DNA of 64,000 bases from Bacteroidia bacterium (GCA_026932145.1 JAIXKT010000009.1:14876-78875); one strand, 5' to 3'. Shown: positions 10,624-19,978, counted from the first letter of the stretch. Numbers and translations: made by a program. The notes: a model not told the origin generated them from the sequence alone.

Positions 10624-10636
10624 AACTAAAATGCAG

Positions 10637-11821
10637 TTAATTTTTGATAAGCGGTAATGTTGCTATTAGTTCATGAGCGCGGCGAATTTGTAAATAGTAT
10701 ATGCCGGCACTATTCAGAGAGCGGGTCTCGATGGTAGCCTTACCGTCATTAACCAGCAATGTACCGGTAGATATTGTTTTTCCCTCCAAATTCGTAATAG
10801 AATAATCTAATACATCTGAAGTTTTATCTGATACAGAAATAGTTACAATATCTCCTTGAATAGGATTAGGATATACTGATACCGGAACTTTGTTTATTTT
10901 GTTTCCCATTCCGGTAAGAAGCTGTAGGTTTCCTATATGTGCATACATAAAATCTGCATTATTATTTGAAAAGGTGCTGTCTTTATAGGAGGCAAAAAAT
11001 AGTGGGGTAACTTCTCCTTCACGGTAGAAATTATAATAATAATTTGTAGTTCGTTTTCCTTGTGTTAAGCCGAAAGCTCCTAAAAGTAACGGTGAAGCAG
11101 GTGCACCATTCATAAAAAAGCTGTCTATCACTATTGTGTTGTTTTTTACCATCAGTACAGAAATGGGGGAACTATGCTGCCCTGTTTCGCTTTTAACTTG
11201 CATTGTACCGTATCCAATAACAGTATCATTTTCTACTAAGTGAGTTTTTCTTTGGCACGGTGCATTGTTTATACCATACATCAACACGGTAAGGTTAAAG
11301 TTCGTAGTAAAACCAAAGTCAGATGCCCAATTACTACCCATAGTAGCCGGAAAATGAATTGCATTTCGGGTAGATGAATAGGGAATATCTTGCTCTATAA
11401 ATACCAAAGAGTCTGCTGAGTTACCTGATATAGAGCCAATTGGGATGGCTTGACGCGGAATATGCTCTCCAAAATATTGAAATCCATTAGGCGTAATAGC
11501 TCCCATAACATTTGAGCGATAAAAAAGGCTGGGGTTGATAACGTAGCGGGTGCTATCGTAGAATGTAGCCACTGGGAACGCTGTTGAAGTAACCGGCTTG
11601 CGGAACATAAAATAATGGGTATTTTGATCGTATGTTACCGAAGTCATATCCCAAGTTGTTGATTGTCCGGAGGTTATATTTGGATAAGTAGCTGACGTAT
11701 CCAAACGCATAACTGTATCCGTAACGGATGTCCAATTACTATAACTACCTTGGTCTAAGGTAATTTGTGCAAATGCAGATGACGCAAATGCTAACGCTAA
11801 AAATGTGAATATTGCTTTCAT
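10637..11821 (-). CDS. Secreted protein with a T9SS type A C-terminal sorting domain
   Basis: Signal peptide MKAIFTFLALAFASSAFAQ from the ATG at 11821 (the ORF-track start at 11854 is TTG). C-terminal VSVYPNPIQGDIVTISV ... GIYYLQI pattern. Confidence 0.7.
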   Translation of the reverse strand: MKAIFTFLALAFASSAFAQITLDQGSYSNWTSVTDTVMRLDTSATYPNITSGQSTTWDMTSVTYDQNTHYFMFRKPVTSTAFPVATFYDSTRYVINPSLFYRSNVMGAITPNGFQYFGEHIPRQAIPIGSISGNSADSLVFIEQDIPYSSTRNAIHFPATMGSNWASDFGFTTNFNLTVLMYGINNAPCQRKTHLVENDTVIGYGTMQVKSETGQHSSPISVLMVKNNTIVIDSFFMNGAPASPLLLGAFGLTQGKRTTNYYYNFYREGEVTPLFFASYKDSTFSNNNADFMYAHIGNLQLLTGMGNKINKVPVSVYPNPIQGDIVTISVSDKTSDVLDYSITNLEGKTISTGTLLVNDGKATIETRSLNSAGIYYLQIRRAHELIATLPLIKN

Positions 11822-12150
11822 AATATTATCTATTGTAAAAGTATGAATTCGCAAAGTTAGACTTTTTTATTCTTAAAATATGGGTTATTAAATTTTATAT
11901 CTAAATTACTCTTTTTGGTAACGACCAAGCCAAAATCTCTGGGCATAATCATTGTTTATGGTATGGATAAAAACTACATTTGCAGAACTACCGATATTTG
12001 AATAATTTTGGAGCTTAATTACATTCAAAAAACTAACACTAAATATTAAGGATAGAGTATTTTCGTAATTCTATAAATATTTTTTACCAAAACTCTATTT
12101 ATGATGTCTAATAATGGTTATTTTGTTATTAATAAAATATTGATTATTTT

Positions 12151-13143
12151 ATGAAAGTCGTTATTCCGGCTGCAGGTGCAGGTGCACGCTTTCGCCCGCA
12201 TACACATACGCAGCCAAAACCTTTAATTCCAATTGCCGGAAAGCCAATTTTAGGCCATATCGTTGACCAATTTATAGACGTTGGGATATACGATTTTGTG
12301 TTCGTAGTAGGCTATATGGGGGAGAAAATTATTGGATACATAGAAGAAAATTATCAAAATAAAATAAGCTATCAAATTGTTTATCAAGAAAAACGCTTGG
12401 GTTTGGCTCATGCTATTTTATGTTGCGAAAAGTTTATTGGTAATCAGCCATTTCTAATTAGCTTGGGGGATTCTATTATAGATACTGAGTTAGATTATTT
12501 TATTCAGCAAGAAAAGACCATTTTGGGCGTAGAAGAAGTAGATGACCCAACAAAATTTGGAATTGCAGTACTAAATGATAATCAGGAGGTTGTGTTTTTG
12601 CAAGAAAAACCAACTATTCCTCGCTCTAACCTTGCATTGGTTGGTTTGTATAGAATTCAGGAAACTCAAAATTTATTCCAATCTATTCACCACTTACTAA
12701 ACAAAGATTTAAAAACCCAAAATGAATATCAACTCACTGATGCATTGTTAGTTATGTTAGAAAATGGTATTCATATTCATACACATAAGGTTCGTAAGTG
12801 GTACGACTGTGGCAGTAAAGAATCGTTGCTCTATACACATAAAACGTTGATGCAAAAAATGACACATCACTCCAAGCAGCACTTTCCTTCCTGTGTCATA
12901 ATTCCTCCCATAACAATAGGCCAAAATTGTAACATAAAAAATTCTATATTAGGCCCTTATGTTGCTATTGCTGATAACACAACCGTTATTAGCTCCATCA
13001 TTCAAAACTCAATAATTGGTTCTTATGCACAATTAGACTCCATTATTTTAAAAAATTCTTTGATAGGTAATGATGCCTCTTTGATAGGCCGCTCTCAATC
13101 TATCAATATTGGAGATAGTACAGAAATAAACTTTAATGATTAG
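12151..13143 (+). CDS. Sugar-phosphate nucleotidyltransferase with a C-terminal left-handed beta-helix domain
   Basis: MKVVIPAAGAGARFRP (GxGxR signature). C-terminal hexapeptide-like repeats (ILGPYVAIADNTTVISSIIQNSIIGSYA...). Confidence 0.7.
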   Translation: MKVVIPAAGAGARFRPHTHTQPKPLIPIAGKPILGHIVDQFIDVGIYDFVFVVGYMGEKIIGYIEENYQNKISYQIVYQEKRLGLAHAILCCEKFIGNQPFLISLGDSIIDTELDYFIQQEKTILGVEEVDDPTKFGIAVLNDNQEVVFLQEKPTIPRSNLALVGLYRIQETQNLFQSIHHLLNKDLKTQNEYQLTDALLVMLENGIHIHTHKVRKWYDCGSKESLLYTHKTLMQKMTHHSKQHFPSCVIIPPITIGQNCNIKNSILGPYVAIADNTTVISSIIQNSIIGSYAQLDSIILKNSLIGNDASLIGRSQSINIGDSTEINFND

Positions 13144-13295
13144 TTACCAATAAGTTACATTATTGATAACTAATTAGGTTGCTTGCTTCAGAAAATATAT
13201 ATATAATATATCTCTAAAGGCATATTTTTTTATGTTTTTTAGCATATTTACGTGAACTATTATCTTCGTATTTGAGTTATTTAAAATAAAAAAAT

Positions 13296-14141
13296 ATGAA
13301 ATCATCCATATTATCAACAGCCGCTATTGCGCTGACAATCAGCATCTTTACATCTTGTAATAATACGAATAAAGAGGTAAGTTCAGAAACAAACTCAGGT
13401 GCTGAATCAAACACTCCTGCTGAAACACCGATGAAGGTTATAACGTTGTCGGATTTTTCAGCTTCACCGGATTTTCCGGATGCTCAACTGGCTATTAAAG
13501 ATGTAAAAACCGAAATGAAGGGAAAAGATTCCGTGAAAGTAACGATTAGCTATAACGTAAAAGGATATGAACTAAAGCACCAAACGGAATCAGATATAGC
13601 CAAAGAATGTAATAACTCTAAGGACGGCCAACATATCCACTTTATTTTGGATAACACTCCTTATGCCGCTCTGTATGAACCTACACGCAGTTTTGTAGTT
13701 CCCGTTAATTCCAAACATTATGTAATGTCCTTTTTATCACGTTCTTACCATGAATCCTTAAAAAACAAAAATGCAGGAGTTCTGTTATATTTCTCTGTTA
13801 ATGAAAAAGGAGTCTATAAAAAGTTGGATAACCCCCAAAACCCAATGATTTTTTATAGCCGCCCAAAAGGCGATTATGCAGGAAATGACACCCAAAATAT
13901 TTTATTAGATTTTTATGTTTACAATGCCACCTTATCTCCTAACGGCAACAAAGTGAAAGCCTCTATCAATGACAGTACTTTTACTTTGGATACATGGAAG
14001 CCAACATTTATTCAAAACGCTCCTATGGGTGCTTTAAAAGTTAAGTTAGAGCTATTAGACAAAGATGGCAATACAGTTTCCGGCGAAAATACCGTTATAG
14101 AAAGAACAGTTCAGTTAGCAGCAGAAACCCCAACGAAATAA
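13296..14141 (+). CDS. Hypothetical lipoprotein
   Basis: Lipobox-like signal ...LTISIFTSC|NN. No family recognised. Confidence 0.5.
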   Translation: MKSSILSTAAIALTISIFTSCNNTNKEVSSETNSGAESNTPAETPMKVITLSDFSASPDFPDAQLAIKDVKTEMKGKDSVKVTISYNVKGYELKHQTESDIAKECNNSKDGQHIHFILDNTPYAALYEPTRSFVVPVNSKHYVMSFLSRSYHESLKNKNAGVLLYFSVNEKGVYKKLDNPQNPMIFYSRPKGDYAGNDTQNILLDFYVYNATLSPNGNKVKASINDSTFTLDTWKPTFIQNAPMGALKVKLELLDKDGNTVSGENTVIERTVQLAAETPTK

Positions 14142-14235
14142 TACTTATTACTTTAATACTAAGTAGTTACGCTGATAAAAAATCAAAGGAAAGAAAAAAG
14201 TAGAAAAAGATATTGATTTTTAGCGTAGTTCAAAT

Positions 14236-14243
14236 TATCTTTG
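14236..14243 (+). promoter_or_regulatory. Bacteroidota -7 box (TAnnTTTG) upstream of the SKSDA-repeat gene
   Basis: tatctttg, 84 nt upstream of the ATG at 14327. Confidence 0.4.
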
Positions 14244-14326
14244 CAATGGTTCAAAGTTGTCGCTTTTTGAATCAAAATAAACTTAATAAAATTATTTTTT
14301 TTAACCCCCTAAAATTATAACAGATT

Positions 14327-14662
14327 ATGAAGTACGGTATTTTTCTCGCTGTAGTTTTTCTACTTCCCTTTATGGGATTTTCTCAGGTCGTTTATTCTGT
14401 TGATTCTAAAAGTGATGCAGATTTAAAAGTTTATGTAGCCAGTTCTAAAAGTGATGCAGACTTAGTAGTTTACAAAGCCTCTTCCAAAAGTGATGCCGGA
14501 AACAATAACGGAGTATGGTATTTTGCCTCCTCCAAGAGTGATGCCAAGAAAAAAGTTTACTTTGTCAGCTCTAAAAGTGATGCAGACTTTGTAATCTACT
14601 TTGCTACCTCTAAGAGTGATGCCGGCTGGAGAAATAACAGCAAAAAAGATAAAATGTATTGA
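14327..14662 (+). CDS. Small secreted protein made of six SKSDA-containing repeats
   Basis: Signal peptide MKYGIFLAVVFLLPFMGFSQ, then DSKSDADLKVYVA / SSKSDADLVVYKA / SSKSDAGNNNGVWYFA / SSKSDAKKKVYFV / SSKSDADFVIYFA / TSKSDAGWRNN. Confidence 0.7.
   Translation: MKYGIFLAVVFLLPFMGFSQVVYSVDSKSDADLKVYVASSKSDADLVVYKASSKSDAGNNNGVWYFASSKSDAKKKVYFVSSKSDADFVIYFATSKSDAGWRNNSKKDKMY
14401..14625 (+). repeat. In-frame tandem DNA repeats encoding the SKSDA units
   Basis: tctaaaagtgatgcaga and close variants recur six times at about 39-48 nt spacing. Confidence 0.8.
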
Positions 14663-14688
14663 GAACCCAAAAAACAATTTATTAATTT

Positions 14689-14723
14689 AAGAGAGTTTAT
14701 TTTTCAATAAACTCTCTTTTTTT
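14689..14723 (+). terminator. Rho-independent terminator
   Basis: 12 bp stem aagagagtttat / ataaactctctt (14689-14700 / 14707-14718), followed by a T-run. Confidence 0.7.
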
Positions 14724-14799
14724 CAATACACAGTAAAAATATAACAACTTAAATAATCATTATTTAAAATTCTTATTGTGTAATTATTCAGAATAGTGT

Positions 14800-14807
14800 T
14801 ATATTTG
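14800..14807 (+). promoter_or_regulatory. Bacteroidota -7 box (TAnnTTTG), with a possible TTG -33 element about 21 nt upstream
   Basis: tatatttg at 14800-14807. It predicts a transcription start near 14813, about 210 nt upstream of the ATG at 15023. Confidence 0.45.
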
Positions 14808-14810
14808 CCA

Positions 14811-15010
14811 TAGAAAGGGCTATCTGTCGCGGATCCGTTTTGAAACTTCACGCTTTTTGAAAAATGGTGTTTTAGTAACCTGGGGCGGGCTTTCCAAGTG
14901 ATAAACTTGTATTCTACGGAAACATGAAAGATTACCGAAAATTATTACACATCATGGTCTTGTTCAGTTTTAGAAGTTTTCTAAAGCCGAAGTGGCAGGT
15001 GGCCTCTTTC
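14811..15010 (+). ncRNA. Candidate structured leader or small RNA. Class unknown and not matched to any family by eye.
   Basis: Three nested long-range complementary pairs: 14813-14820/15002-15010, 14842-14849/14973-14981 and 14864-14870/14949-14955. It lies just downstream of a -7 box and also contains a 31-codon uORF (14924-15019). Confidence 0.25.
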
Positions 15011-15022
15011 AAATATTAATTC

Positions 15023-15646
15023 ATGCAGTTAAATATCTACTTAGATTATCAAAATATACATCCTGATTATTTTGATGCGTTAAAGCCTAAACTGCACAAA
15101 ATATACCTCCTGATTGGTAGCGGACAAAAATTACCGGATAAAGTTGGGTTACAACTGATTCAGCATTCAAAAATAAGCAAGATTATCAACGTACAAGGTA
15201 GCTCTAAAAATAATTTAGACTTTCACTTGTCATTTTTATTAGGAAAACATCACCAAAAAGTTTCCAAAAAGATAACTTTTGTAATTGTTTCAAAAGATAA
15301 AGGTTTTGATTATTTAGTGCATTACCTCAATACGTGTGGTAGAAAAACTATTCGGGTAGAAGAACTTTCAGAAAAAGCAATTAAAAGTAGCCTAAAAAAC
15401 CAACAGCAATCCAAAATCAAACCAGAAATAGAGCTAACGGAGCAAGCAGAAAGGTTCTTAATCACTATTTTAAAACTCAAACCAGAACATCGCCCCAGAA
15501 AATATAACCGGATTTTGAACTCTATTACGTCAATTTGTGCCGGTTTTAACGACAGTGTAGAGTTGATTTACAGATATTTGTTAGAAACAGGAAAGCTCCA
15601 ACACAAGGAGGATAAGATTATCTATCAAGATGAACTTGGAAATTAG
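15023..15646 (+). CDS. NYN/LabA-like PIN-fold domain protein with a C-terminal helical domain
   Basis: NYN-like acidic motifs IYLDYQNI, NNLDFHLSF and FVIVSKDKGFDYLVHYL. The C-terminal ~80 aa are helical and of unknown function. Confidence 0.5.
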   Translation: MQLNIYLDYQNIHPDYFDALKPKLHKIYLLIGSGQKLPDKVGLQLIQHSKISKIINVQGSSKNNLDFHLSFLLGKHHQKVSKKITFVIVSKDKGFDYLVHYLNTCGRKTIRVEELSEKAIKSSLKNQQQSKIKPEIELTEQAERFLITILKLKPEHRPRKYNRILNSITSICAGFNDSVELIYRYLLETGKLQHKEDKIIYQDELGN

Positions 15647-15657
15647 CGCAGTTTTCT

Positions 15658-16902
15658 ATGGTTTTCAGGTTTTTATATGATTGTGGTGTAGCTATTTATG
15701 GACTGGTTATTGGCTTAGCATCCGTTGGAAATTCCAAAGCGCGTGATTTTATTGAAGGGAGAAAACAATGGCAAAGTAAATTGCCTAATGTTTCCCAAAA
15801 CGTTATTTGGCTACATTGTGCTTCCTTAGGTGAATACGAACAAATTGTGCCTATTTTGGAGCATATTCGTACCCAATTTCCGGATATTTTTATTGCATTA
15901 ACATTTTTTTCCCCTTCTGGATACAAAGCTCGCAAAAATACTTCCTTAGCAAATTGGGTCGGTTACTTACCCTTAGATACCTCCCGTAATGCTCGATATT
16001 TTATCCATAAATTAAACCCTTGCTGTGCTATCTTTGTCAAATATGAGTTATGGTATCATTTTTTGAGCATTTGTAACCATAAAAATATTCCCTTGTTTTT
16101 AGTAGGCGGAAGACTTCATACCAAATATTGGGGTTTAACTTGGGGAAAATATTGGTTTCAACCCATAATTAATTTTTTTAGGAAAGTTTACACCTTAGAT
16201 ACTTCCAGCTCATTATTATTCAATACGTTATTACCAAAAGAGAAAATAATTTTGGCCGGAGATACCCGTTATGACCGCGTAATGGCTTTAAAATCAAGCA
16301 GAAAATTGATTCAAAAAATAATAGACTTTACGCAAAATACACCAACAATAGTAGCCGGAAGTGTTTGGCAACCAGATATTATATTGCTGTTAGAAGCCCT
16401 AAAAGCTATCAACTGTAAAGTAATTTGGATTCCACACGAGCCTAATTCAGAGATAGTTAGATATATAAAACAAAAAACAAACGGGATTACCCTAACCGAA
16501 TGGGAGCAACGGTCAGATGGCCCTCAAACCGGGCATCTGATTATAGATAGAATTGGGTTGCTTTCATCCATTTACTCCGTAGCTTGGGTAGCTTGGGTCG
16601 GAGGGGCATTCGGTTCAGGGTTACATAATATTTTAGAACCACTTAGTTTGGGTATTCCTACTGCCTTCGGAACAAAAATCAAAAAGTTTCCGGAAGCCAT
16701 TGAAGCATCTTCGCAGAATATAGCCAAGCCTTGCCAAACAGCATCCGATTTTGTCAGTTTTGCAAATCCAATCATTACGAATAGCTCTATTCGGAATCAA
16801 TATCAACTCAAAATCCAGCAATTTATGGAGGAACATACCGGATCCACCCAAGTAATTTGGGATGATTTATCGAATGAAATCCGTGAGTTAGTAACAAAAT
16901 AA
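15658..16902 (+). CDS. waaA: 3-deoxy-D-manno-octulosonic acid (Kdo) transferase
   Basis: N-terminal Kdo-transferase domain (IWLHCASLGEYEQIVPIL) plus a GT-B C-terminal half. Length 414 aa. Confidence 0.8.
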   Translation: MVFRFLYDCGVAIYGLVIGLASVGNSKARDFIEGRKQWQSKLPNVSQNVIWLHCASLGEYEQIVPILEHIRTQFPDIFIALTFFSPSGYKARKNTSLANWVGYLPLDTSRNARYFIHKLNPCCAIFVKYELWYHFLSICNHKNIPLFLVGGRLHTKYWGLTWGKYWFQPIINFFRKVYTLDTSSSLLFNTLLPKEKIILAGDTRYDRVMALKSSRKLIQKIIDFTQNTPTIVAGSVWQPDIILLLEALKAINCKVIWIPHEPNSEIVRYIKQKTNGITLTEWEQRSDGPQTGHLIIDRIGLLSSIYSVAWVAWVGGAFGSGLHNILEPLSLGIPTAFGTKIKKFPEAIEASSQNIAKPCQTASDFVSFANPIITNSSIRNQYQLKIQQFMEEHTGSTQVIWDDLSNEIRELVTK

Positions 16903-16997
16903 TTTCCTTAGAAATTTTTTTTAACTTGATTAGCAAATAGTTTTAAAAAAAATAGCTGAAATATGCTTAATCTTGTTGCAAAGAGTAATTTTATAGC

Positions 16998-17005
16998 TAA
17001 CTTTG
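16998..17005 (+). promoter_or_regulatory. Bacteroidota -7 box upstream of tRNA-Asn
   Basis: taactttg, ending 12 nt before tRNA position 1. Confidence 0.5.
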
Positions 17006-17016
17006 CGCCACGAAAT

Positions 17017-17093
17017 TCCTCCTTAGCTCAGCTGGTTAGAGCGACTGACTGTTAATCAGTAGGTCCCTGGTTCAAGCCCAGGAGGGGGAGCCA
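17017..17093 (+). tRNA. tRNA-Asn (anticodon GTT) with genomically encoded CCA
   Basis: Folded by hand. Acceptor tcctcct/aggggga (one G-U pair), D-arm gctc...gagc, anticodon stem actga/tcagt with loop ctGTTaa, T-arm cctgg-ttcaagc-ccagg, discriminator G, then CCA. Confidence 0.9.
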
Positions 17094-17099
17094 AAATTC

Positions 17100-17130
17100 A
17101 AAAGCCGCTTTTTTAAAAGCGGCTTTTTTC
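17100..17130. terminator. Bidirectional intrinsic terminator between tRNA-Asn and convergent glpK
   Basis: aaaagccgctttt tt aaaagcggctttt palindrome, flanked by an A-run and a T-run. Confidence 0.75.
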
Positions 17131-17171
17131 TTTAAAAACCCCAAAAAGTTTACTTTACTATAAACTCTCCA

Positions 17172-18656
17172 TTATAGGTTAGCCCAATTTTTAGCACGAG
17201 AAACGGCATTTTGCCAACGGCTTATCTGATAATTCCGAATCTCCGATGATATATTCGGAATAAACAACCTATCTTCTTGGCGCAGCTTTTTTAATATATT
17301 AATATCCGTTAATAGATTGTTACCAAAAGCGGCTATCAATGCTGCCCCCCAAGCTGTGGTCTCTTTGTTTTTGGGACGATTTACCTCGATACCGGAAATA
17401 TCGGCTTGAAACTGCATCAATAAGTTATTTTCACTCACACCACCATCTACTTGGAGGCTTGGAATAGGAATCTGTGTGGACTCAACCATTGACTGAATTA
17501 CTTCTTGGGACTGAAAGGCCATCCCTTCAAGGGCAGCCCGAATTAGTTGGTTTTTGGTAGTGCCTCGGGTCAGCCCAACTATAGTTCCCCGTGCATTTGG
17601 GTCCCAATGAGGTGTGCCAAGACCAGCAAAAGCCGGAACAAAATATACATCTCCGGTATCTGTGGTATCGGCAAGTTGAGTATCTAAATGCTGAACATCG
17701 GTCAAAACGCCAATAGATTCTAACCATTGTAGCGAAGCACCTGCACTAAAAATAGCACCTTCCAAAGCGTAAGTTATCTGATTCCCGATTTGCCAAGCAA
17801 TAGTGGTAATCAGGCCATTTTGGCTCAAAATAGGCTGATTACCGATATTCATCAGCATAAAACAACCAGTTCCGTAGGTATTTTTGAGCATCCCTTCTTG
17901 AACACAGCCTTGCCCAAACAAAGCAGCTTGTTGGTCTCCCAAAATTCCAGTTATGGGAATTTCACCCCCAAATAGTTGAGTAGTAGCAAACAAGCCGGCA
18001 GAAGGTATAATCCGAGGCAGTATTTCCTGCGGAATACCAAAAAAATCGCACAGTGAAGAGTCCCATTGCCCGTTGAGATTGCATAACAACGTTCTGGAGG
18101 CATTAGAAACATCAGTAGCATGAACACGGCCATTGCTAAGTTTCCAAAGTAACCAAGAATCAATGGTTCCAAAAGCAAGTTGGTTATTTTTAGCCTTTTG
18201 AAGAGACTCAGGAATGTTGTTAAGCAACCAGTTGATTTTGGTTGCGGAAAAGTATGGGTCTAACAGCAGCCCTGTTTTTGCGTGGATAGCCGCTTGATGT
18301 CCTTGTTGGATATATTCGGCACATTGTTCACTGGTTCTGCGATCTTGCCAAACGATGGCGGGGGCAATTGGTTTTCCGCTTAGTTTATCCCAGATTACCG
18401 TTGTTTCGCGCTGGTTGGTGATTCCGATAGAGTTAAGCTGTGTTGAAAGAATGCCGGCAGAATGAAGTGCTTCTTGGGCTGCTGCCATTTGGGCTTCCCA
18501 TATTTCTTCGGGGTCTTGCTCTACCCAGCCCGGCTGAGGATAGGATAATTCAAAACTGCGCCTCCCAAGACCTAATACACGGCCTTCTAAATCAAAAACC
18601 AAAGCACGTGCCGAAGATGTCCCTTCATCTAAAGCTAATATGTAAGTACTATTCAT
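17172..18656 (-). CDS. glpK: Glycerol kinase
   Basis: FGGY kinase signatures (YILALDEGTSSARALVF, GITNQRETTVIWD, FGTIDSWLLWKL). The ATG at 18656 (MNSTYIL) is preferred; the ORF-track N-terminal extension to 18785 looks non-coding. Confidence 0.9.
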   Translation of the reverse strand: MNSTYILALDEGTSSARALVFDLEGRVLGLGRRSFELSYPQPGWVEQDPEEIWEAQMAAAQEALHSAGILSTQLNSIGITNQRETTVIWDKLSGKPIAPAIVWQDRRTSEQCAEYIQQGHQAAIHAKTGLLLDPYFSATKINWLLNNIPESLQKAKNNQLAFGTIDSWLLWKLSNGRVHATDVSNASRTLLCNLNGQWDSSLCDFFGIPQEILPRIIPSAGLFATTQLFGGEIPITGILGDQQAALFGQGCVQEGMLKNTYGTGCFMLMNIGNQPILSQNGLITTIAWQIGNQITYALEGAIFSAGASLQWLESIGVLTDVQHLDTQLADTTDTGDVYFVPAFAGLGTPHWDPNARGTIVGLTRGTTKNQLIRAALEGMAFQSQEVIQSMVESTQIPIPSLQVDGGVSENNLLMQFQADISGIEVNRPKNKETTAWGAALIAAFGNNLLTDINILKKLRQEDRLFIPNISSEIRNYQISRWQNAVSRAKNWANL

Positions 18657-18892
18657 CGAAATGTAAAATTGCAGCTTATTAAAATAAATATCAGTACACG
18701 ACAAAAATATAATAATTTTTAGAGATTGGGGGAATAAATTTTGACAAAGAGTTGACATTCTGTCTATCAAAGGATTATCTTTCACGCAATACCTTTAACG
18801 AAGAACATCAGCTCAGAGGACGAAGATACAGAGCTATTAGCTGTACTTAGGGTTCATTTTACGTTTTTTTCAATTTAGCAAGGATTCGTATT

Positions 18893-19091
18893 ATCTACTT
18901 GTTTATCAGCTAATTATCTAAAGTTTGGGCTGTAAATTTTGCTAAACTCTCCGCCGGATTTTTCTCCTAAGATTGCCTCTTCAAGTAATTACAGACGTAT
19001 TCAGCGATTTATAGCCAAGGCAGAATTACCGATGCAGTGGATTTCTCAACTTATTTTTAAACTCTTACCTCAAAAAGATTCACTCGTCTTA
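18893..19091 (+). pseudogene. IS4-family transposase, 5' fragment (copy A, part 1), interrupted by an IS5-family insertion
   Basis: Reads ...SPKIASSSNYRRIQRFIAKAELPMQWISQLIFKLLPQKDSLVL. About 85-90% identical by eye to 23201-23400. Confidence 0.6.
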
Positions 19092-19978
19092 GAGGTTGTT
19101 TAAAAATGGTGTAAAAATTGTTAAATTATTTAATATCACATGGTTAAATACATATTTATTTGTATATTGCTGATTATTAATCAGATAATTAAGCAAGTAT
19201 GAAAGCCTACCCAACCAACCTAACTGATATTCAGTACGAAGCTATTGAAAAAATAGTAAATGATAACAGGAAAAGAAAGCATCCTTTAAGATGTATTGTA
19301 GACGCATTATTGTACATCACCAAAACTGGTGTTCAATGGAGATTGCTGCCTAAAGATTTCCCTAAGTGGCAACTCGTTTATTATTATTTCAGAAAATGGA
19401 CAGCAGAAGGGCTTATTGAAGAAATACATGATTTTTTGCGTGATAAGTTAAGAAAGGAAAAAGGAAAACATGTTTCACCAAGTCTTGGATTAATTGATAG
19501 TCAAACTGTTAAAACTTGTTCTTTCTCGTTATCAAACGGTTATGACGGAAACAAGAAAATTAAAGGAAGAAAAAGACATATTATTACTGACACATTCGGA
19601 TTTATTATAGCTATTGTGATTCATAACGCTGATATTCAGGACAGAGAAGGAGCTAAATATGTTCTTGAAGAATTAAGATATAAGTACCCTAGATTGACAA
19701 AAATATTGGCAGATCAAGGTTATACCGGTAACTTAGCTGAATGGATTTTAAAAAGTTTGAATTACACTTTGGAAATTGTAAAAAAAGTGGCAGGAATTAG
19801 TGGATTTAATGTCTTACCCAAGAGATGGATAGTTGAACGAACTTTTGGATGGCTTGGTTTTCAACGAAGATTGGTTAATGACTATGAATTCCACCCCGAA
19901 TGCAGTACAAGCTTTGTGCACTTAGCTATGATTAGAATTATGCTTAACAGAATAAAAAAATAAATTTTAAACAACCTC
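19092..19978 (+). mobile_element. Intact IS5-family insertion sequence (887 bp)
   Basis: Perfect 14 bp terminal inverted repeats: gaggttgtttaaaa (19092-19105) and ttttaaacaacctc (19965-19978). 3 bp TTA target duplication at 19089-19091 and 19979-19981. A single transposase ORF. Confidence 0.85.
19199..19963 (+). CDS. IS5-family DDE transposase (254 aa)
   Basis: N-terminal LTDIQYEAIEKIV ... ALLYITKTGVQWRLLPKDFPKWQLVYYYFRKW. DDE core (DSQTVK, ADQGY, ERTFGWL). Confidence 0.85.
   Translation: MKAYPTNLTDIQYEAIEKIVNDNRKRKHPLRCIVDALLYITKTGVQWRLLPKDFPKWQLVYYYFRKWTAEGLIEEIHDFLRDKLRKEKGKHVSPSLGLIDSQTVKTCSFSLSNGYDGNKKIKGRKRHIITDTFGFIIAIVIHNADIQDREGAKYVLEELRYKYPRLTKILADQGYTGNLAEWILKSLNYTLEIVKKVAGISGFNVLPKRWIVERTFGWLGFQRRLVNDYEFHPECSTSFVHLAMIRIMLNRIKK

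Noticed and set aside
14401-14625. Six near-identical short DNA repeats, considered as a possible CRISPR or regulatory array.
   Set aside because: They are in frame within a signal-peptide-bearing ORF bounded by a -7 box and a terminator. The repeats encode the SKSDA peptide units.
18950-18975. An apparent +1 frame break shared by both IS4-family copies (ggatttttctcctaag), considered as a programmed frameshift site.
   Set aside because: The slippery context does not allow tRNA re-pairing as in known +1 sites. Both copies are otherwise decayed. It is more simply an inherited lesion or a mistake in my upstream frame assignment.
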